Assembly: GCA_930990515.1 (NCBI GenBank)
Contig: CAKNPS010000003.1
Coordinates: 49,006 to 113,005 of the forward strand
DNA from: an uncultured Clostridia bacterium
GTDB lineage: Bacteria; Bacillota; Clostridia; Christensenellales; UBA1242
DNA length: 64,000 nucleotides
Direction of reading: 5' to 3'
The position numbers and the translations under genes are program-made. Positions 1-8,692 of the stretch are shown piece by piece. Within the stretch, counting starts at the first letter, position 1. Each line of letters starts with the position of its first letter. Under the pieces are notes generated by a model, which was not told where the DNA came from, did not search any database, and saw only the letters and a list, made by a program, of their open reading frames with translations.

Positions 1-1
1 T

Positions 2-568
2 GATAAAGTAAATCATCACACCCTGCCCGCTTCTTATGTTCCACTATCTTTTGATGCTATGGTTTCGGGGGATTATGCTGATTTGGTTTTCACAAACAAT
101 TTAGACAAACCAATTTATATAAAAACAACTGCTGATGATAGTAACGTGAAAGTGGAAATTTATGGACAAGCCACTGATGGTGTCACAATTGAAAGAAGAG
201 CGGAACTAGTTAAAGTTTTAGGGCATAACGGAGATAAAATTTTGCCAGACACAAAGGGTGAGTATGCAAATAAAATTCTTTATAAGGGCGAATTTTATCG
301 TGTTAAATGGCCAAAACAAGGATACGAGAGTAAAGGATATTTAAGATATTATAAAGACGGAGAATTTGTTGAAGAAAAAGAAATTCGTCACGACTTTTAT
401 ATGCCACAAGATGGAATTGTTATGGAAGGAACGGAAGAACTTGGCGTTGGCATGACATTGCCTGCAACTGATGTCACAATATGTAGTCCACAAAAGGTGA
501 CAAAACAAACAGAAGAAAATGTTAGAAACAAACTTTTAAAAGAGAATCCAAGCGAATATAGTTTATAA
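2..568 (+). CDS. VanW family protein, C-terminal portion (gene begins upstream of window)
   Basis: Frame is open from nt 2 to TAA 566-568. Translation ...LPASYVPLSFDAMVSGDYADLVFTNNLDKPIYIKT... fits the conserved VanW core pattern. Confidence 0.55.
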   Translation, partial: DKVNHHTLPASYVPLSFDAMVSGDYADLVFTNNLDKPIYIKTTADDSNVKVEIYGQATDGVTIERRAELVKVLGHNGDKILPDTKGEYANKILYKGEFYRVKWPKQGYESKGYLRYYKDGEFVEEKEIRHDFYMPQDGIVMEGTEELGVGMTLPATDVTICSPQKVTKQTEENVRNKLLKENPSEYSL

Positions 569-636
569 GATTAATGAAAAAAAGGAATAAATAATATTTT
601 GTAAATTTATTTCTTTTTGGTATAATATATAATTAT

Positions 637-1698
637 ATGAAAAAATTAAGAAGTAAGAAGGTTGATAAGAAGAAAGAAGATGTTTCAATAGAGGCTATTG
701 AAGAAGTTTCTACTATTAAAAATAGAAAAGAAACTGAAAAATCTATGAGTGATATTCAAAATGACGGAGTAAAAGAAAAACAGGAAGAAAGTCCCAACAA
801 AAAAGATAAAAAGGAAATGAGTTTAAAAAGTAAAATCATAAGAACAACAATTGTCATTTTAATTATTGCTGGGATTATTGTTCTTGGATATTATATTCTT
901 ATTTGGACGGGAGTTTGGGAAAAGGTTAATACTGCAGAAAAACTTCGAGAGTTAATACTATCGTGGGGATTTTGGGGAAGGCTTGGCTATGTTTTTATTT
1001 CATTTTTGCAAGTTACTTTTATTCCATTGCCATCAACAGTAACAATCATTGCGGGGACATTGTTATATGGACCACTACAAGCAGCACTTTTATCTCTTGC
1101 GGGAATTTTGTTAGGCAGTATGTTGGCCTTTTTCTTGGGAAGATTTTTTGGAAGAAAACTTGTTGTTTTTATGGTTGGAGAAAAAACCTGCGAAAAATGG
1201 GTGCACTTTTTGAATAATGCAAAGTATTCCTTCTTTATCATGATGCTTCTTCCAATTTTTCCAGATGATGTTTTGTGTTTGGTTGCAGGACTAACAAATA
1301 TGAGTTGGACATTTTTTACTCTTACAAATTTGATTTGCAGACCAATTGGAATTTTAACGGTAAGTTACTTTGGAAGTGGATATATAATTCCATATCACGG
1401 CTGGGGATTGATTGTTTGGGCGATTATTATTGTGGCAATTATTGCGATAATAATTCTGTCATATAAATATCAAAAGCAAATAGAAAATTTCATACTGAAA
1501 GTTTTTAAAAACAAAGATAAAAAAGATAAGAATGTGGTAAAAATTTTGAAAGGGAAAAAAGCAAATACTGTAGAAGCCTTGGAAAAGAAAGAAGAAAGTA
1601 AAGAAAACGACAAACAAAATAAAAATAACAAAACAAAAGAAAATGAATTGAAAAATAGTAAAAAATTAGAAAATAACGAAAAATCTATAAAAAAATAA
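637..1698 (+). CDS. TVP38/TMEM64 (VTT domain, DedA-like) membrane protein with Lys/Glu-rich tails
   Basis: 353-aa ORF with a multi-TM core. FIPLPSTV...GPL...LGSMLAFFLGRFFGRK is typical of the VTT/SNARE-associated family. TTGTAA-16-TGgTATAAT promoter-like element at 599-626. Confidence 0.65.
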   Translation: MKKLRSKKVDKKKEDVSIEAIEEVSTIKNRKETEKSMSDIQNDGVKEKQEESPNKKDKKEMSLKSKIIRTTIVILIIAGIIVLGYYILIWTGVWEKVNTAEKLRELILSWGFWGRLGYVFISFLQVTFIPLPSTVTIIAGTLLYGPLQAALLSLAGILLGSMLAFFLGRFFGRKLVVFMVGEKTCEKWVHFLNNAKYSFFIMMLLPIFPDDVLCLVAGLTNMSWTFFTLTNLICRPIGILTVSYFGSGYIIPYHGWGLIVWAIIIVAIIAIIILSYKYQKQIENFILKVFKNKDKKDKNVVKILKGKKANTVEALEKKEESKENDKQNKNNKTKENELKNSKKLENNEKSIKK

Positions 1699-1788
1699 TA
1701 AAAAATCGATAAAAAATCGATTTTTTTATTAGTTTAAAACATTTTTTATTAATTTTTATTTAAAATAAAAAATTGTTTATAAATATAT

Positions 1789-1953
1789 TTATTTTTTTAT
1801 TAAGATAAAAACCCCTTCTTTGATTTGCTTAGGGGACATATTATTATCTAATAAAATTTTTGTAGGTTCAACATCAAATTTTTGAGCAACACTTTTTAAG
1901 TTTTCTCCTTTTTTCAGTTGGTAGTAAGGAAAGGTTATTTTTCTTATACTCAT
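1789..1953 (-). CDS. small LysM domain protein
   Basis: YYQLKKGENLKSVAQKFDVEPTKILLDNN is a LysM-type motif. Internal ATG at 1953 chosen because the longer ORF (to 2034) overlaps the divergent flippase ORF. Confidence 0.5.
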   Translation of the reverse strand: MSIRKITFPYYQLKKGENLKSVAQKFDVEPTKILLDNNMSPKQIKEGVFILIKK

Positions 1954-2057
1954 AAAATCTCCAAGATTAAAAATTTTATATAATTTTATAGGCAACATTG
2001 TCACACAAAATATTTTATTGTCATATTTCTGCAAAAAGAACTATAAAATTATTTTGT

Positions 2058-3587
2058 ATGAAATCAATTTTTAAAAGCGTGGCTATAATAACTATATTTT
2101 CAGTGGCAACTAGACTGTTAGGTTTTCTGCTTAGAATTTTTTTATCGAGAACGATAGGTGCAGAAGCACTCGGTTTATACCAAGTCGCTCTTTCTGTTTT
2201 TATGGTGTTAATGACAATTGTGTCAAGTGGCTTTACTTTGATTATTTCAAGATTGACGGCAAGTTATAGAGTGTCAAAAGATAAAAAGGGTGTGGCAACC
2301 TTGGTCACATCTGGACTATTAGTTGGACTTGTTGTCAGCATAATTCTGTGCCTTATAATCTTACTTTTTAGAAATCTTTTTTCCAATCTTTTTTCTGACG
2401 AAAATTGTATTTATATTTTAATAATTTTGTTGCCATCGTTAATTTTTTCGTCTATTTATTCTGTTTTTCGCGGAGCAATGTGGGGGTATGATAACTACTT
2501 TGCGCTTTGTGTAACAGAACTTTTTGAAATGGTGGTAAAAATTGCTCTATGTGTTTTGATGTTAAGTGCTGGAATGACCGCACTTACCAGTGCTATGACT
2601 GTTGCTTGGTCGTTTACAATTTCGTGTATTGTTTCAGCAGTTTTTGTGATTATCCTTTACTTTTTCTATGGCGGAAAAATGTCCAAGCCTAGCAGAATAT
2701 ACAAAACAGTCATCAAACAATCAACACCTATCACAGCAGTGCGAGTTGCTGGAAGTTTGGTTCAACCTTTGATTGCTTTAATTTTGCCTGCTCGTTTGGT
2801 CGCTTGTGGATATACAGTTGAGCAAGCGATGAGTATTTACGGGGTGGCACTTGGAATGACATTTCCGCTTCTCTTTCTTCCAACAACACTTATTGGCTCT
2901 CTTTCAACTGCTCTTGTGCCAGATATTTCAATGGCAATGGTGCAAAATGACAATGAGCATATCCAAAGAAGGGTTAGTTCGTCAATAACTTTTGCTCTAT
3001 TTATCACATTTTTGATTATTCCACTTTTTATTGGAATAGGCGACAAAATTGGAATGTTTTTATTCGGCGAAGCACTGAGTGGAACACTTCTTCAATATTC
3101 GGCATGGATTATGGTTCCAATGGGCTTGACAAATATCACTTCGGCAATTTTAAATTCTGTTGGGTTAGAAGTTAAATCATTCATAAACTATATTATTGGC
3201 GGAATTTTTACTTTCATTTCTGTTATGTGCCTAACACCATATATGGGCGTTTTATCTCTTCCTTTTGGAATGGGAATAAGTATGACAATAACGGGTATTT
3301 TAAATGTTATAATGCTTAAAAGAAAACTGAAAATTGAAGTTAAAATTATTAAACAACTTTTAATTATGATTTTGTTAAGTTTACCGTCAGTTGCCGTGAC
3401 TTCGTTTTTAAGTTCCCTTCTATCATTTGTGCTTCCAGACTTTTTCACTATTGCAATTTCTTGTATTGTTGGGGCTTCAATGTTCTTGCTCCTTTGTATC
3501 ATTTTCAATGTTGTGAGTGTTCAAACTTATTTTGTTCAATTTAAAGAAAAATTCAAAAAATCACGAAAAATGCATAAAAAAGCATAA
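2058..3587 (+). CDS. spoVB: MOP-superfamily flippase, SpoVB-like (stage V sporulation protein B / polysaccharide biosynthesis protein family)
   Basis: About 14 hydrophobic segments. N-terminus ATRLLGFLLRIFLSRTIGAEALGLYQVALSVF matches the R-LGF--R----R-IG-E--GLY signature of SpoVB/MurJ-like proteins. ATG 2058 preferred over the TTG-extended ORF start. Confidence 0.6.
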   Translation: MKSIFKSVAIITIFSVATRLLGFLLRIFLSRTIGAEALGLYQVALSVFMVLMTIVSSGFTLIISRLTASYRVSKDKKGVATLVTSGLLVGLVVSIILCLIILLFRNLFSNLFSDENCIYILIILLPSLIFSSIYSVFRGAMWGYDNYFALCVTELFEMVVKIALCVLMLSAGMTALTSAMTVAWSFTISCIVSAVFVIILYFFYGGKMSKPSRIYKTVIKQSTPITAVRVAGSLVQPLIALILPARLVACGYTVEQAMSIYGVALGMTFPLLFLPTTLIGSLSTALVPDISMAMVQNDNEHIQRRVSSSITFALFITFLIIPLFIGIGDKIGMFLFGEALSGTLLQYSAWIMVPMGLTNITSAILNSVGLEVKSFINYIIGGIFTFISVMCLTPYMGVLSLPFGMGISMTITGILNVIMLKRKLKIEVKIIKQLLIMILLSLPSVAVTSFLSSLLSFVLPDFFTIAISCIVGASMFLLLCIIFNVVSVQTYFVQFKEKFKKSRKMHKKA

Positions 3588-3676
3588 AAAATTGCATATT
3601 TATTTCATTTTTTTGATATTTTTAAATATTTTTTTAATTTTTGATTATTTTAAAAACTTTTAATTATAATAAAAAT

Positions 3677-4396
3677 ATGTTAACAACAGTTTTTAGAGTA
3701 ATAATAATTTATGTTATTGTGCTTTTCTTATATAGGCTTATGGGGAAAAGGCAACTTGGGCAAATGCAACCATTTGAACTTGTCCTTACTTTGATTATTG
3801 CAGACCTTGCAACCATTCCTATGGCGGAAATTTCTGTGCCTGTGCTTGACGGAATTGTTCCACTTTTCACTTTGGTTATTATTCATTTTTTAATTACAGT
3901 TTTTAGCAAATTTTCCACTAAGTTTTCTCATTTTATAAGTGGTAAACCTGTAATAGTCATCAACCCAAATGGAATTGATTATAAGGCATTAAAAAATTTA
4001 AACCTATCTATTGATGACATAACAGAAGCGGTGCGTGGAGCAGGCTATTTTAAGTTAGAACAAGTTCAGTATGCCATAATGGAAACGAATGGCAAAATGT
4101 CAGTTTTTCCAAAAAGCGAATATGCACCAGTTACAGTTGGTGATATGAAATTGCAAGTCGAAAAAAGTGCCTTGCCAATCAATTTAATTTCAGAAGGGAA
4201 AATTTTGAAAAACAATTTGGAAGTGGCAAAGGTTGATAAAAATTACATATTAGAATTACTAAAAAAAGCAGATATTAAAAGGGTTAAAGATTGCCTTATT
4301 CTTTCAGTTGACAAAGGTGGGGCTGTTTTTGTTCAGGAATTTGATAAGGCATACAAGACTTTTAATGTTGAACCACTGGGGCAGGTGCAGGAATGA
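3677..4396 (+). CDS. DUF421 (YetF-like) membrane protein
   Basis: N-terminus YRLMGKRQLGQMQPFELVLTLIIADLA is the hallmark DUF421 motif. ATG 3677 chosen within ORF 3641..4396. Confidence 0.7.
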   Translation: MLTTVFRVIIIYVIVLFLYRLMGKRQLGQMQPFELVLTLIIADLATIPMAEISVPVLDGIVPLFTLVIIHFLITVFSKFSTKFSHFISGKPVIVINPNGIDYKALKNLNLSIDDITEAVRGAGYFKLEQVQYAIMETNGKMSVFPKSEYAPVTVGDMKLQVEKSALPINLISEGKILKNNLEVAKVDKNYILELLKKADIKRVKDCLILSVDKGGAVFVQEFDKAYKTFNVEPLGQVQE

Positions 4397-4797
4397 CAAA
4401 ATTTATGTGGTTTCAAATGATTTCAATTTTTGTTATTTTAGGGCTTTTAATCACAATTTGTGCGGTGGAAGACAAACTTGTGTCTGATGCTCTTTATAAT
4501 GTTAGAGAATACTGCTATCAAATTGAGAATGCTGTGATAGAAAATGATGGAATAAAAAACAATGTTGTCAATTCCCTAGTGGAAAATCTGGAAGAAAAAT
4601 GGTTAAGCGACGAAAGAAATTTATGCTATGTCGTAAACCATAAGTCAATTCAAGAAATTGGAGTGGAAATCATTAAATTAAAGACCTATATTGAAGAAGA
4701 TGACATACGCGAGTTTTCCGTTTCACTTGAACTAATTAAACTTTATTCTGAGCAATATCATCACTTTATGGGTGCTAACTTTAAAAATGTTTTGTGA
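4393..4797 (+). CDS. DUF4363-like small membrane protein, translationally coupled to the DUF421 gene
   Basis: ATGA start/stop overlap at 4393-4396. N-terminal TM. A DUF421-DUF4363 gene pair is a common Firmicute arrangement. Confidence 0.5.
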   Translation: MTKFMWFQMISIFVILGLLITICAVEDKLVSDALYNVREYCYQIENAVIENDGIKNNVVNSLVENLEEKWLSDERNLCYVVNHKSIQEIGVEIIKLKTYIEEDDIREFSVSLELIKLYSEQYHHFMGANFKNVL

Positions 4798-4969
4798 TTG
4801 TTTTATTTTTAAACATTAATTAGTAAGATGATATTGAAAAAAATTTGTTGAATTTAAGTCTGAAAGTATTTATTTTTTTGAATTTGCTGTATAAAAATAG
4901 CATAGAAATGTATAACCAAATGCAATTTGCTTGCTAAAAAGTTTAATATAAGTTATATTATATATAGTT

Positions 4970-5740
4970 ATGAAGAAGTTTATTGTTTCATTTTTTGCTT
5001 TCATGTTAATTGCCCAGAAGGGACATTTGATGGTACAAATATTACTGGTGAAGGAACTGTAACGGTTGAATCAGACGGAGCAAGAGAACACGATTTATAT
5101 ATCATAAATGGACTTACAGGAACTCCTGAATATGATTACTACATTGGAACTTCATCGACCGCAACAACTGTGAATCAATTTTCTGCAACTTATAATATGA
5201 CAACTAATAGGACAATCAATATATATATTTATCAGCGGTATGAAGTTTCATATAATCCAAATGGCGGGTCTGGTTCAATGAGTCTTTCTTATAAACGGCA
5301 TGGAACAGATTTGACGCTTAGTGCTAATACATTCACACGAACATCTTATGTTTTTGCTGGCTGGGCAACAAGTGCAAGTGGAAGTGTTGTTTATCAAGAT
5401 AAAGGGAGATATACATCAAATGCGGACGATGTTTTGTATGCAGTATGGGAGAAGCAGGTATATACCATAACACTTGATAAACAAAGTGGAACAGGTGGCA
5501 CGAGCACGATATATTTGAAATATAACACAGGTTGGTATTCAAATTCAGGTGCAACGACAAGTATAACTTCAATTAGTATACCTTTTAGTGAATAACTTAA
5601 TGTATTGGACACGCGATGTTGGTTCTAATTTAAACACAGCAGAATGTATAACAAGACTTGGGACAGTGACACAAGCAAAAATGCAAAATATGTTGGGAGT
5701 TAGACTTACAGTCAATGTCAAAACTTTTGGATGTCTATGA
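4970..5740 (+). pseudogene. decayed surface protein gene with Listeria-Bacteroides (InlB B / Flg_new) repeats, split over three frames
   Basis: Signal-peptide-like MKKFIVSFFAFMLIA from ATG 4970 is in a different frame from the body (4927..5595). The body carries YEVSYNPNGGSGSM...YVFAGWATS...DVLYAVWEKQVYTITLDKQSGTGGT. A third frame (5600..5740) encodes YWTRDVGSN...GVRLTVNV. Confidence 0.55.
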
Positions 5741-6022
5741 CACGTTTTAGATTCTAGCAATGGTTGTTTTGAAAATTAGTATTTAAGTAAAAATAAAACA
5801 ATATCAAAAAAATCCAATCACGGATTGGGTGTCAATGACACTTTCTAGATTCTAGCAATGATTGTTTTTGGTATAAGCATTTAAGCAAAAATAAAATAAT
5901 ATCAAAAAATCCAATCATGGATTGGTGCCAATAGCACTTTCTAGATTTTAGCGGAGTAATGTTCAAGCATTAGCAAATAAGTTGTTTAGCAAATATTCTC
6001 AAAATATCCAATCATTGATTGG
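5729..6022. repeat. three tandem ~97-100 bp repeat units (plus a partial fourth), each with short palindromes
   Basis: Units at 5729-5828, 5829-5925 and 5926-6022. Each ends in CCAATC-nnn-GATTGG preceded by an A-run. Each starts with a small palindrome (GTGTCAaTGACAC, GTCtatGAC, GTGCcaataGCAC). The first two units also carry CTAGAtTCTAG. Confidence 0.8.
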
Positions 6023-6053
6023 TGTTTGTGGAACTCTTTAAATTTAAGTAAAT

Positions 6054-6082
6054 AAAAAAGGCAGTCGGTGACTGCTTTTTTT
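6054..6082. terminator. bidirectional intrinsic terminator
   Basis: A-run, GCAGT-cggtg-ACTGC hairpin, T-run. Lies immediately downstream of the minus-strand CDS stop at 6086-6088. Confidence 0.7.
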
Positions 6083-6085
6083 ATT

Positions 6086-7234
6086 TTAATACATTTTTTC
6101 TTTCTTCTTTAAAACTATTATAAGAATTATTGTTGCGATAATTACTAGAAGAAGAATTATTCCCAAAATGATAAGCCATAAATATGAAACATTATCAACT
6201 TTTATGGTTGTTACTTCAATGCTTGCAGTGTTTTTAAGGTTTCCATTTGTGTCATATATATTGCAAGTTATTGTGAAATCGGCTTCAATTCCATTACTAT
6301 CAAAATAAAATTCATTACCATTTCTTCCATAAGGATATTCTCCGTCATAGATTGCTTCATAAGAAAAGTATTGGTCTTCTCTATCACTTTCGGTAAGGAC
6401 ATATCTCATATTGTGTTCGTCCACACCTTCCACAAACCATTCAATATAAGCAGGGTTAGCATATTGATAAATATTGTTATTTATGCGGAAATTAAAAGCG
6501 TTTAAAAATGTTGTTGAACTTGAAACTGTATATTCAATTCCAAAACCGCCATTTAAGTTATCAATATTGTCAGGAAGCACTGCAAAATATATTGAACCTA
6601 CGCTTCTATCTGTAGCAAGAGTTTGTTCTGTGTCGCTTATGTCCATATAACTATAGACAAATTCAAATTTATAAAGTCCATAGCCGTAACCAAATTTTGT
6701 TTGATTTCCTTCTTCCATTCCTTCCATTTCGTTGATGTAATATGTTATTGGTAGGAAAGAAACGCTTTCGCCGTTGGAATTGTATAGTTCAATGTCTAAA
6801 TATTTTTCGCCATTAAAATCTTGAATGTTTTGAGTTAAATTTTCTGTTTGCATATATGACAAACGAAGTTTCACTCCTAAAAATCTTAAATTCGTATCTG
6901 TTGTTGCTGAGCGTTGAATGTTAATGTTTATATGTGATAAAGTTGACCAGTTATAGCAAATATATGTGATTTCATTTTCTTCTTCGACCACTTGCACTGG
7001 GTCGCTAAGAGTTGGAGTTAAAACTGAGTTATTGCTGTTAAAACCTTGAAAACGGACAGAATAGTAAGTGTCTGAAAGAGTTAAGGCTTCGTCGTCGCTT
7101 AAGACCATTTCGGAATTGTTTATCATTGTTTTTGCTTTTGTTGGTATTGCCGGCAAAAAAGAAAAAGCAAAAAGAGTTATTATTGCTAAAACTAGAGAAA
7201 TAATTAAAAAGGAAATATTTTTTCTTTTAATCAT
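6086..7234 (-). CDS. hypothetical surface protein with N-terminal signal and C-terminal TM anchor
   Basis: 382-aa ORF. N-terminus MIKRKNISFLIISLVLAIITLFAF. C-terminus YLWLIILGIILLLVIIATIILIIVLKKKEK. No family recognised. Confidence 0.6.
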   Translation of the reverse strand: MIKRKNISFLIISLVLAIITLFAFSFLPAIPTKAKTMINNSEMVLSDDEALTLSDTYYSVRFQGFNSNNSVLTPTLSDPVQVVEEENEITYICYNWSTLSHININIQRSATTDTNLRFLGVKLRLSYMQTENLTQNIQDFNGEKYLDIELYNSNGESVSFLPITYYINEMEGMEEGNQTKFGYGYGLYKFEFVYSYMDISDTEQTLATDRSVGSIYFAVLPDNIDNLNGGFGIEYTVSSSTTFLNAFNFRINNNIYQYANPAYIEWFVEGVDEHNMRYVLTESDREDQYFSYEAIYDGEYPYGRNGNEFYFDSNGIEADFTITCNIYDTNGNLKNTASIEVTTIKVDNVSYLWLIILGIILLLVIIATIILIIVLKKKEKMY

Positions 7235-7298
7235 AACTTAATTTTAGCACATATTTTTATAAATTAAAAATAAAATTAGCAAATTTTTAAAAAGTCAT

Positions 7299-7327
7299 TT
7301 GACTTTATTTAATTTTGTTTTTATAAT
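7299..7327 (+). promoter_or_regulatory. sigma-A type promoter TTGACT-17-TATAAT
   Basis: TTGACT 7299-7304 and TATAAT 7322-7327. The -10 ends 6 nt before ATG 7334 and no SD is visible, so the transcript could be leaderless. Confidence 0.5.
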
Positions 7328-7333
7328 ATTAAT

Positions 7334-8176
7334 ATGGAAATTGATGAAATGATTGGTGTTGAAGTGGAAACTTCAATAGAAACAAATTTGGATAATGTGG
7401 TTCAGAAAGTTAATGGCACTGAACCAGAAGTTTTGCACGCAAGTTTTGATTGGGTGCAAGAAGAAACTCTTGTTTTGATTGTGAAAGTGCAAAATGAAAA
7501 ATTTGATTATTGCAATTTTGACCTTTGCGGAAAGAAAATGATTGATTGGGTGAAACTTGCAACTTCTATGTGCACACAAAAAATTCTTGAGAGTGAAAGT
7601 TTAATTTTAGATTTCTTGAAAAAATATGCTGGGGAATACAAGCAAATGGCTGTGCTTTATAGCGACACGCCACTTCTTCAAAAGTCAACATTTTTGGAGA
7701 TTATGAAGTATTTTTCGGCAAAAAAGATGAATTTTTTGCCACTTCAACGCGGTTTTGTTATAAATTCCGATTTTGTTGATAATTATGAAAACATATTGTC
7801 CACTCCTTTTGTTGATTTTGGAACTGACGATTTTTATGTGGTAAATTCAAGTAAAAGACTTTCCAATGCTTTCAAAATTTTGAACAAACGAATTATTAAT
7901 TTCCATAAAAATCAAGGGGTTGTCATCTTTAGTGAAAACACAACTTTCATTGAAACAGATGTTCAAATTGAAGAAGGAGTTGTTATCTATCCAAACAACA
8001 TAATTAAGGGAGAAAGTTATATTGGAAAAAATGTTGTTTTAGAAAGCGGAAACTATATCTCTGACACAATTATTTGCGATAATTCTATAATCACACAAAG
8101 TTATCTTGAGAAAAGCAAAGTTCCAGAAGGAAAGACTGTTGGGCCTTTTGAAAAACTTATTAATGAAACATTATAA
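7334..8176 (+). CDS. GlmU-like protein (degenerate nucleotidyltransferase region plus short left-handed beta-helix)
   Basis: Sits directly upstream of pth, where glmU/prs normally lie. AVLYSDTPLL resembles the GlmU GDTPL motif. Hexapeptide-like C-terminus VQIEEGVVIYPNNIIKGESYIGKNVVLESGNYI. Only 280 aa and lacks the LAAGKGTRM loop. Confidence 0.4.
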   Translation: MEIDEMIGVEVETSIETNLDNVVQKVNGTEPEVLHASFDWVQEETLVLIVKVQNEKFDYCNFDLCGKKMIDWVKLATSMCTQKILESESLILDFLKKYAGEYKQMAVLYSDTPLLQKSTFLEIMKYFSAKKMNFLPLQRGFVINSDFVDNYENILSTPFVDFGTDDFYVVNSSKRLSNAFKILNKRIINFHKNQGVVIFSENTTFIETDVQIEEGVVIYPNNIIKGESYIGKNVVLESGNYISDTIICDNSIITQSYLEKSKVPEGKTVGPFEKLINETL

Positions 8177-8185
8177 GGGGAAGAT

Positions 8186-8692
8186 ATGAAAATTATTATT
8201 GGTCTTGGAAACTATGACGAAAAATATAAAAACACCTATCACAATATGGGATTTGATGTTGTTGATGCTTTGGCGGACAAGTTAGGGGTTACTTTCAAAC
8301 TTAAAAAAACATATAAATCGCTTGTTGGCGAAACGACAATTGCTGGGGAAAAGTATATTTTGGCAAAGCCTTTAACTTTTATGAACAACTCTGGTGATGC
8401 TGTCAAAGTTTTTAGACAAAAATATAAAGATGCTCGTATTTTGGTGGTCACTGATGACATTGACTTGCCACGTGGAAGCATCAGATATAAAGAACACGGA
8501 AGTGGTGGAACTCACAACGGGCTTAGAAGCATTGTCAACAACATCGGTCCTGAGTTTGAAAGATTAAAAATTGGCATTGGAAGAGATATTTTTATGGATT
8601 TGAAAGACTATGTTTTGTCAAAATATGACAAAGAAACTTTTAAACATATCATTGAAAAAGCAGTTATTGAAATTTTAGACAGGTTGAAATGA
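8186..8692 (+). CDS. pth: peptidyl-tRNA hydrolase
   Basis: IIGLGNYDEKYKNTYHNMGF and GSGGTHNGLRSI motifs. 168 aa. Conserved pth-mfd order. Confidence 0.9.
   Translation: MKIIIGLGNYDEKYKNTYHNMGFDVVDALADKLGVTFKLKKTYKSLVGETTIAGEKYILAKPLTFMNNSGDAVKVFRQKYKDARILVVTDDIDLPRGSIRYKEHGSGGTHNGLRSIVNNIGPEFERLKIGIGRDIFMDLKDYVLSKYDKETFKHIIEKAVIEILDRLK

Noticed and set aside
963-1466. Nested ORFs (963..1217 plus, 987..1241 minus, 1275..1466 plus) inside the VTT-domain gene
   Set aside because: These are alternative-frame or antisense ORFs of a well-supported membrane protein gene. They are low-complexity with no SD. The same reasoning applies to the many 60-116 aa ORFs nested in the giant gene, mfd, uvrA and uvrB.
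5729-6022. CRISPR array
   Set aside because: The units are about 98 bp, directly abutting and mutually divergent, with no unique spacers. No cas genes are present in the window.
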